Source of the DNA: a virus
Lineage: Duplodnaviria > Caudoviricetes
Length of the DNA: 61,104 nt
IMG/VR virus record: IMGVR_UViG_3300027833_000051
Location: 1-61,104 of that record
Direction: 5' to 3' (one strand)
The number at the start of each line of letters is the position of its first letter. Position 1 is the stretch's first letter. Position numbers and translations under genes: made by a program. Positions 54,218 through 61,104 of the stretch are shown piece after piece. A model generated the notes under the pieces. The model was not told where the DNA came from. It searched no databases and worked only from the letters and a program-made list of their open reading frames with translations.

Positions 54218-57200
54218 TTACCCAAAGATTAGAGTATATTCTAGCATAAGATCTTCCATTTCTTCAGTAGAAATAGTTGCTGCGTTACCAGCTGCTGAAA
54301 TGTAAGTGTTGCCGTCCCAAGTTTCAAGTATTGTGTTTTCGGAGTTCCATCTTGTCATACCGACTTCAGTTGCGCCAGGCTTTCTAGTTGCATCAGTACC
54401 AAACGGAATTGCAATAGCAGAGTTAACATTAAATACTGCTCGACCGTATCCAGTTTGTGCAATAGAAATAGCGCCAGCATTAGTATTTTGTATTTTATTA
54501 TCATAAAAGTTAGTACTATAAAGGGCTAGTTTACCTGAGCCGTTTGCTGACAAATCTAAATCACTATTTGAAACATTTGTATTAATAGTAGTCCCATTGA
54601 ATAATATATCATCAACATCTAATCCATGTATAGTAATTCCGTCAGCAGTTGTACTGCCTACAGATGCTGCTGCTATTCTAAAGTTAATAGTATCATTAGT
54701 TGGATGTGCTAGCACACTAGATCTTCTATCACTTGAGTAAACACCGCCGAAAGATAATATGGTTGAATTGCTATATGCTTCAAATACATTATCTGTGCTA
54801 TTAAATCGTAATCCACTATTTACTACCTGACGTTCAGTTGTAGTACCTAGCGGAACAATTATTGCACCATTTGCAGTAATATTTAAATTTTGTGCAGGTG
54901 TTAGATTAATATCTAATGTGGTAGTTTGTATTGTGTCGTTATTAACTCTTAGATTTTCTAAAAGAATTTCTGCATTAAATGATCGTAAATCTAAGTTACT
55001 GTTTGATGTAGTTGTAGTAATAATATTATCATAGAATTTAATATCCGAACTTAACAAAAATTGGTCTGATTCAATTTGTTGTGTTACATTAATATCTGTT
55101 GAAGATAGTGTGCCTAATGACACATTATTGATAATAGATACATCATTTGATGGTATTGCAAGAATGCCAGAACCATTTGCTCGCAGTTCTAAATTAGCAT
55201 TACTTTCTGTTGTTTCAAAAACATTGTCATTAAATAATATATCATCAAATTGAATTTCACTTTTAATATTAGAAGTACTTACAGTTACATTACCAATAAC
55301 GTTCAAATTACCAGTTTGATTTCTATTTCCAGTCTGTGTAATAGTTCCAACTACATTTAAGTTGTCAATATCGGTATTTCTATTAACTGTTAAATTTTGA
55401 TCTATAACTACATCAGATGTTGTCATAGTTATATTTTGAGTAGCACGTAGTTCTAAATTTGTATTTAATGTACTAGTAGAAATAAAGTTATCATCTATTT
55501 GAATATTATTAGTTGTAGTAATAATATCGTTTAATCCTGCATCTGCGGTAACTATAATATCATTAGCTATTATTGATGCTGCAGATAAATCATTTGATAC
55601 TCTAACATCATTAGACGGCATTAACACTCTGCCAGAACCATTTGCTTGCAGTTTAAAATCTGCCCGATAGTAATCGCCTAAAAATAATTCACTGTTATAT
55701 TTTCCTGGGTTTGCGAATTCGTCTTCTAAAAGTGCATTTACTATTGGAGTAAGAAACGCATCATATGCGACATTATTAGTAGTACCGTTTGCAACATATT
55801 GCAGCCAAGCTAATGAATCAGCTGACGTTAGCGTGCCGCTAGCATTTACATCAAGATAAGAATTAGCATACGGTGCAGAAGTGCCATTAGCAAGGTAAGT
55901 AATTAATGTCTTTTCAGTTGTCCCTGCATAGTCGTCAACTGTTGCTCCGTCAATCATTGCTGACACAATTTGAGGTATTGACAATACTCCATACGGGTCA
56001 CTTGGGTTTAGACGTAAATCTTCTCTAATATTTTGTATAACATTATCATTAATATTAAAGCTAGCAATATTGAAGTCGTTAGTAGATGTTAAATTTCCTG
56101 TAACTTCAGTATTACCAGTTTGTGCAATGTTACCAATTTGCGTTGTATTACTAGATTGTGTTGTATTACCTGTTATATTTACTTGCACAGGTGTTATAGT
56201 TTCTACTAGTCCAATATCTTCAATTAACGAAATATTATCCCATTCAATGACGGTGTCTACTGCACGGAAAATAATATCAATTGTAGTTGTTGTAGGTACA
56301 ACTGTTGCTGTTACTACTTGATTGTTAGTAAGACCAGTAGTTTGATCCCACTCAAATAGTGTGCCGACTCCAGATTCAAATACTCTTAAATAAAATGCAT
56401 TTCCATTTGACACACTTTTAAATTGTGCTGCAAAGTCATATGTCTTGCCAATTTCTACAGTAATTTCTTGAGCAACGTTTTGTGCAGCACCTGTGGCACT
56501 AATGCGCAGATTTCCGTTAGGAGCAGTGACTGCTCCGCCGCCTGTTAAACTCCAGTTTGCTACATTTGAATCAAATGTTCCGTTAACTACAAGATCTGAT
56601 CCGTACTCATAAGCTATAGTACTATTTTTAAATGTAGATATTTTACCTACAGTAAAATCGTTATCAATTTCTAAATTTTCAGGTATGCTAATAATACCCG
56701 AGCCATTTGCTCGCAATTCTAAATCAGCGTTACTTGAATCACTAGTAATATAATTTTCGTTACTAGTAATATCTCCTGCTTGCATTTTGCCCAGATAAAC
56801 ATTATTCCAAAATTTATCTAAGCTTCCTAAATTGTGTACAAGTGTGCGATGAGGATTAAAATTTTGTTCAAAGTTAACATTAAAATCAAGACTATCTGAG
56901 GCTTGATCCCCAGAAACATTTAGCGCACCACCAAAGCTAAAGTTATCTCTAACAAAAAGATTCTGACTTATAGTTGTATTATCTTTAAGATTGATAGTAT
57001 TAGTGCCACCAGCTAAGTTTAAGTCTCCTGATAATGACGTAATTCCATTATTAAGAATTTCAATATTTCCGGTAGTGACTACGTTGCCATTAATTTTTGT
57101 CGACACTTCGCTGCTACGAATTATTAATCCACTTAGTGATTCTATTGACCCATTGTCAATATTAATATTAGTGTTTCCTGTTTCTAAATCAACAAAGAAG

Positions 57201-58774
57201 TTGTCGCCGATTCTAAAATTACCTTTTTGGTCAGTTGAAACATAGTGTATCTTGCCGTTATTTAATTCTACAGTTTCATTTGCTTGAATAACATCTGCTT
57301 CGTTATTATCGGTACTTGCACCTGCCCCAATATATGCAAAGTTGTGTTGAATTAAGTACATTAGTGTATCAGCACCATTTGCAACGGCGCCATATGTTCC
57401 GTATACGTTTGCTGATCCAATTGATCTTAATTCAGCGCCGTATTTAACAGTACTACCGTCTTGTGATATTCTGCCCTCTGACCCATTAAATGCATGCAGA
57501 CCTCTGTTAGCAAAGTATGTAAAACTGTTTAGCCATTCTACCCTAACGCCATTAGTCATATTAATAACGTCTGCACCTGGTGATATAAATGTACAACTAT
57601 GAAATAACATTGTTGCTAATGTACTTGCTGAATTAAGTTCGTCCCCGTCAACCCAGGCGCCACGACCAGCATCAGTTCCGCCTGGAGTTGTTGGTTGAGT
57701 AAGTACTGTAATATCTTGAATGTACGGCGAACGTTCACTTATAATTACATTAGGTGCATATCTAAATGCATATCCTGTATTATTGCTACTATTATAATAA
57801 AAGTTTTTAATTGTTAGTTTAGATACTGTACTATTATTTCCTAAGTGAAATACGTCTTTGCTTTGGCTACTAGCATCTGGAATAATGATACAGTTTCTAA
57901 TGTTCTCGCCTACAATACTAACATTATTAGGTACAACTAACGGAAGTGCTTCAGTGTATGTTCCTGGTGAAAGATGAATAACAAACGGCTGCTCACCACT
58001 TGCATCTGCTGCTTGTAATGCACGAGCTAATGTAGCAAATGGAGCAAATATGTGTTCGCCTATGTTATTATCATCTCCGTTTTCTGAAACATACAATTTG
58101 CCTCCAGAACGAAACCCACCATCAATAAAGCCGACAATTAATTCAGATACGTTAACTGATGTGCCGTTTACTAGATTGGTATATAGTGCTTCCCAGCGGC
58201 GAGTATTAGTACCTAGATTATAAGTATCAGTTTGGTCTGGAATAACATTTGACGTAACTGAAGCATTAAAATCTACAGTATCAAGATATTGATTGCCTAA
58301 TGTTATTGTGCCGTCGAATGTAATATTTCCAGGAGTGTGTATATCGCCAAATACATTTAAGCTATCAGAGTTAACTTGACCAGTTCCGCTAGGCAGTAAA
58401 TCAATATTAGCATTTGAAATAGTAGCACTAATTGTATTATCGCTAATACGTAGTGTACCGTTTTCTATATTAGAAAATACAACTGCTTCTGCTGCATTTA
58501 AATATATGTCGCCAACTAGCACACTTAAATTATTATCTGATATTGTATAGTTTGCTATTGAACTAGTATTTGTAATTAAATTAGATGACCTTGCAGTACC
58601 GCCTATTTCAAGATCGTACCCTGCTACGTTTTTATTGACGGCTATTTTGTTTGTAGATACATCAAGGTATAATAATCGAGTATCTGACGAAGTATTTTTA
58701 AACGAAAGATCAACGCCGTGTCGTTCAAGATTTGCTTGTAATAATGGACCTGTTATTCTACCGACTTGTGACAT
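54218..58774 (-). CDS. Long fibre/baseplate appendage protein (1518 aa), paralog of the 1429-aa protein, with CBM-like and dockerin-like inserts
   Basis: MSQVGRITGPLLQANL vs MAVGRISGPLLKENL. Shared MLFHS.TFI.PG.D.I..TNGVRVEWLNSFTYFANRG. Confidence 0.8.
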   Translation of the reverse strand: MSQVGRITGPLLQANLERHGVDLSFKNTSSDTRLLYLDVSTNKIAVNKNVAGYDLEIGGTARSSNLITNTSSIANYTISDNNLSVLVGDIYLNAAEAVVFSNIENGTLRISDNTISATISNANIDLLPSGTGQVNSDSLNVFGDIHTPGNITFDGTITLGNQYLDTVDFNASVTSNVIPDQTDTYNLGTNTRRWEALYTNLVNGTSVNVSELIVGFIDGGFRSGGKLYVSENGDDNNIGEHIFAPFATLARALQAADASGEQPFVIHLSPGTYTEALPLVVPNNVSIVGENIRNCIIIPDASSQSKDVFHLGNNSTVSKLTIKNFYYNSSNNTGYAFRYAPNVIISERSPYIQDITVLTQPTTPGGTDAGRGAWVDGDELNSASTLATMLFHSCTFISPGADVINMTNGVRVEWLNSFTYFANRGLHAFNGSEGRISQDGSTVKYGAELRSIGSANVYGTYGAVANGADTLMYLIQHNFAYIGAGASTDNNEADVIQANETVELNNGKIHYVSTDQKGNFRIGDNFFVDLETGNTNINIDNGSIESLSGLIIRSSEVSTKINGNVVTTGNIEILNNGITSLSGDLNLAGGTNTINLKDNTTISQNLFVRDNFSFGGALNVSGDQASDSLDFNVNFEQNFNPHRTLVHNLGSLDKFWNNVYLGKMQAGDITSNENYITSDSSNADLELRANGSGIISIPENLEIDNDFTVGKISTFKNSTIAYEYGSDLVVNGTFDSNVANWSLTGGGAVTAPNGNLRISATGAAQNVAQEITVEIGKTYDFAAQFKSVSNGNAFYLRVFESGVGTLFEWDQTTGLTNNQVVTATVVPTTTTIDIIFRAVDTVIEWDNISLIEDIGLVETITPVQVNITGNTTQSSNTTQIGNIAQTGNTEVTGNLTSTNDFNIASFNINDNVIQNIREDLRLNPSDPYGVLSIPQIVSAMIDGATVDDYAGTTEKTLITYLANGTSAPYANSYLDVNASGTLTSADSLAWLQYVANGTTNNVAYDAFLTPIVNALLEDEFANPGKYNSELFLGDYYRADFKLQANGSGRVLMPSNDVRVSNDLSAASIIANDIIVTADAGLNDIITTTNNIQIDDNFISTSTLNTNLELRATQNITMTTSDVVIDQNLTVNRNTDIDNLNVVGTITQTGNRNQTGNLNVIGNVTVSTSNIKSEIQFDDILFNDNVFETTESNANLELRANGSGILAIPSNDVSIINNVSLGTLSSTDINVTQQIESDQFLLSSDIKFYDNIITTTTSNSNLDLRSFNAEILLENLRVNNDTIQTTTLDINLTPAQNLNITANGAIIVPLGTTTERQVVNSGLRFNSTDNVFEAYSNSTILSFGGVYSSDRRSSVLAHPTNDTINFRIAAASVGSTTADGITIHGLDVDDILFNGTTINTNVSNSDLDLSANGSGKLALYSTNFYDNKIQNTNAGAISIAQTGYGRAVFNVNSAIAIPFGTDATRKPGATEVGMTRWNSENTILETWDGNTYISAAGNAATISTEEMEDLMLEYTLIFG

Positions 58775-58791
58775 ACAATACTCCTATGTAG

Positions 58792-58799
58792 TATTTATT
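58792..58799 (-). promoter_or_regulatory. Late promoter AATAAATA
   Basis: Upstream of the AGGAG SD of 58774. Confidence 0.65.
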
Positions 58800-58802
58800 G
58801 TA

Positions 58803-59483
58803 TTACTTGTCGAAGTTGTGTATAGCTGTTACTCCGTCGCTAACCGGAGGTGCTGATGTAAACACAAGATAATACCCTGATACTCTTGCTACACCTGTTC
58901 CTGTTCCTGCTCCGGTAGCAGTAAATACAGTATTAGCAACACTGTCTGCGGCACCAATTAATGTAAAGTCTGTATTACCTGGCGTAATAATTTTATATTC
59001 AGAACCAATAACAAAAGCACCTGCTGATGTTGTTGCTCCGGTGCCCACTGCGGCTGCTGGATTTTGTACTAGTGTATAGTTGGTTGTTGAAATTTGAAAA
59101 ACATTTTCAACTAATACTATAACATTTTGAGCTGCTGCTGGTACTGGATATGATGGATCGCCACTTTCTAACGGTCCAAATACAACTGCTGATGCATCTC
59201 CGTTACCTAAGTTTTGTTGTGTGATACCCGGATCTTGATTTGGTTCTTTAAATCGAAGGAGGCGCCAAGAGCTATTCTGGTATGCTTCAAACTGTTCTGT
59301 TGTAGTATTATATCTTATATGTCCGTTATTTGGTGATGCAGGACGTTCAGCAGTAGTTCCTTTAGGTATTAATAAAGTATTTGTACTGTTTATCTTTATT
59401 TCATCATCAAGGCTAGTATGAATACCAACTGCACTAGGTTGAATAGTACGTAGACTAGTGGTTTGTTGCTTAATTAATCTCAT
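58803..59483 (-). CDS. Virion structural protein (fibre connector-like)
   Basis: IPKGTTAERP..GHIRYNT..FEAY..W module, and GNGD..FGPL..VIVLVENVFQ..FTSAPP. Confidence 0.7.
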   Translation of the reverse strand: MRLIKQQTTSLRTIQPSAVGIHTSLDDEIKINSTNTLLIPKGTTAERPASPNNGHIRYNTTTEQFEAYQNSSWRLLRFKEPNQDPGITQQNLGNGDASAVVFGPLESGDPSYPVPAAAQNVIVLVENVFQISTTNYTLVQNPAAAVGTGATTSAGAFVIGSEYKIITPGNTDFTLIGAADSVANTVFTATGAGTGTGVARVSGYYLVFTSAPPVSDGVTAIHNFDK

Positions 59484-59837
59484 TTATACTTCCAAATAAC
59501 TCACTGTAGCTGCTAGATTTGTTAAAGTTGCTCCGATATCAGGCTCGGCAACAAATACAAGCTTATCTCCTTCTTCTAATACTATCCGTTCACTGTCAAA
59601 AGTAAAAGTTTCGCTTGCGGGCAAACTAAGTCCTTTAATTACTCGGGTAACTTTATTTGCTAATGCATTACCACTCGGTATTAAGTGCATATCAAATGTT
59701 GCAGTAGCAGTATCATCAGTATTACAAACCATAATATTTGTAATAGCATAACTTTTACCTACTGGTACACCTTGACTAGTTGATTGATCAATTATATCTA
59801 GTGCAGTTGTTTTTAATTGTGCGTTTACTATTGCCAT
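59484..59837 (-). CDS. Small beta-sandwich virion protein (paralog family 3 of 3)
   Basis: YAITNIMVCN..FDMHL..LPASETF..ERIVL..VSYLEV. Confidence 0.7.
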   Translation of the reverse strand: MAIVNAQLKTTALDIIDQSTSQGVPVGKSYAITNIMVCNTDDTATATFDMHLIPSGNALANKVTRVIKGLSLPASETFTFDSERIVLEEGDKLVFVAEPDIGATLTNLAATVSYLEV

Positions 59838-59846
59838 TTGTTTTCC

Positions 59847-60887
59847 TTAAAAAAGCATGCCATATAACAATGCTCTGTTTTTACTTATTATTTCATCTGA
59901 TTTACTATTTTGATTTACAAAATATAGACCCGATCCACCTGTGCCCTCTGTAGTGGAATAAAGTTTAATTCCACTAGTAGGAGGATTTGCTGTCGGTAAA
60001 TTAGAATCATTGTCATACAACGATGCTGTAATTTCTAAGGCATCTTTTACAACTACACTCTTTGGGCCGTTTGCAGTTAGAATTAATTCTTCATTAGTAT
60101 CAGTAGTAGTAATTAAATTATCAATAATTTCAATTCCACTTAAAGATAACCTGTTAGTATAAAAGTTAGCAGCTACTATACCGTCTACTGTTACCTTAAC
60201 TGTACTTTCTTGTCCAGGATTAGACTCTTGGTCTAAAACGGCAACTTCTGAATCATTCTGCACAATATTATTATCACTATAAATTGATAATGCATATGTA
60301 ACATAATCAGCTGTGCCTTTTGCATTTGGAATAAAATCATTATTTAAAATTACATTACCGTTGCCTGGATCAACAATTAATCCACCTACACCATAATTAA
60401 ATACATTTTCTTCATAGTCAACAGTTCCGGCTACGTTAATAGCACTGTTAGGTGTTGTTATATATAACGGGCCTTCAGCATTAATACTGTTTACATTAAG
60501 TGGTAAAAATCCGCCATTTATATCTTCAAATCTAAATGACCCTGTGCCGCTATTACCGCCAGCAACATAAGGACTTTGTTCATCAAATACTAATCTTGCA
60601 GTAGGCAAGCTGCCTCTATCAATTTCAATACCTGCTTTGTATTGGAAGCTAGCACGTATTCCTGCACCGGCTTCACCTTCATTAAGAGTTAGTATGTTAT
60701 CAGCAATAGTAGTAACAGAAGATTCTACAGTTGTTTGTGTACCTTTGACTTCTAGGTCGCCGGTAATTACAACAGTGCCTCTTGGGCTTGCTGCACCACT
60801 AGTAGTATCTAAGTAGATCGTTCCGGTTGGACCGTTATCTACTATAATTTTGTAGTTGCCGTCTGTTACTCTTAATACTTTTGACAT
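59847..60887 (-). CDS. Virion structural protein (fibre-like)
   Basis: VITGDLEVKGTQTTVES..IADNILTLN..AGIEIDRGS motif typical of marine myovirus structural proteins. Confidence 0.7.
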   Translation of the reverse strand: MSKVLRVTDGNYKIIVDNGPTGTIYLDTTSGAASPRGTVVITGDLEVKGTQTTVESSVTTIADNILTLNEGEAGAGIRASFQYKAGIEIDRGSLPTARLVFDEQSPYVAGGNSGTGSFRFEDINGGFLPLNVNSINAEGPLYITTPNSAINVAGTVDYEENVFNYGVGGLIVDPGNGNVILNNDFIPNAKGTADYVTYALSIYSDNNIVQNDSEVAVLDQESNPGQESTVKVTVDGIVAANFYTNRLSLSGIEIIDNLITTTDTNEELILTANGPKSVVVKDALEITASLYDNDSNLPTANPPTSGIKLYSTTEGTGGSGLYFVNQNSKSDEIISKNRALLYGMLF

Positions 60888-60902
60888 TCTTATTTCCTAT
60901 AT

Positions 60903-60931
60903 AAAAAAGTAGGGGGAACTTAATCCCCCTA
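60903..60931 (-). terminator. Rho-independent terminator
   Basis: Minus strand AGGGGGA-TTAAGT-TCCCCCT followed by ACTTTTTT. Confidence 0.88.
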
Positions 60932-60939
60932 AATTATTT

Positions 60940-61104
60940 TTAGTCAGCTTCGAAATCATCTGCGCCAGTGAAGTCAGCTGCTGTTCCAGCTTCTTCCATT
61001 TCAACTGCGCCATCATCGGTAGCATTACTAAAGTTCCAAGCAATTCTGTCACCTGAATCAAGTGTTACCATACGTCCTGCAATTTTAGTAACTTGACGAG
61101 CTGT
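60940..61104 (-). CDS. C-terminal part of a hypothetical, probably structural, protein
   Basis: Manual translation ...TARQVTKIAGRMVTLDSGDRIAWNFSNATDDGAVEMEEAGTAADFTGADDFEAD*, followed by a strong terminator. Confidence 0.7.
   Translation of the reverse strand, partial: TARQVTKIAGRMVTLDSGDRIAWNFSNATDDGAVEMEEAGTAADFTGADDFEAD

Noticed and set aside
1-61104. Stop-codon reassignment
   Set aside because: Very long genes are intact under the standard code, and TAA, TGA and TAG all end genes at sensible positions.
1-61104. tRNA/rRNA genes, introns, inteins, integrases
   Set aside because: Intergenic gaps are short, with no cloverleaf seen, and no intein, integrase or intron signature was recognised by eye.

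Overview
This window is the virion-morphogenesis region of a large, AT-rich, T4-related myovirus, probably marine and possibly infecting an alphaproteobacterium (host is inference only). Recognisable T4-type genes are a putative small terminase, gp4, a gp54/48-like tube initiator, tail tube gp19, an enlarged tail sheath gp18, dNMP kinase gp1, neck proteins gp13/gp14 and gp15. About 37 kb (23.8-60.9 kb) encodes fibre/baseplate appendages, including paralogous giant proteins of 3999, 3029, 1518 and 1429 aa. A heptose module lies next to the fibre genes: hldE-hldD-cupin-gmhB converges on GT9 glycosyltransferase-carbamoyltransferase-2OG oxygenase. Most structural genes have a T4-late-like NNTAAATA promoter. 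The most striking signals: (1) 12 phycobiliprotein-like repeats in the 3999-aa protein, each keeping the bilin-attachment C-x-R-D motif and alternating between two types; (2) a single annexin repeat in a probable capsid-packaged protein inserted between gp14 and gp15; (3) a heptose pathway with no gmhA in the window and a cupin inside the operon, with early donor synthesis and late transfer; (4) an 83-bp in-frame copy of a giant-fibre segment at the end of the carbamoyltransferase; (5) apparently leaderless transcripts and a structured 5' leader RNA. All homology calls were made by eye from motifs; no searches were run.
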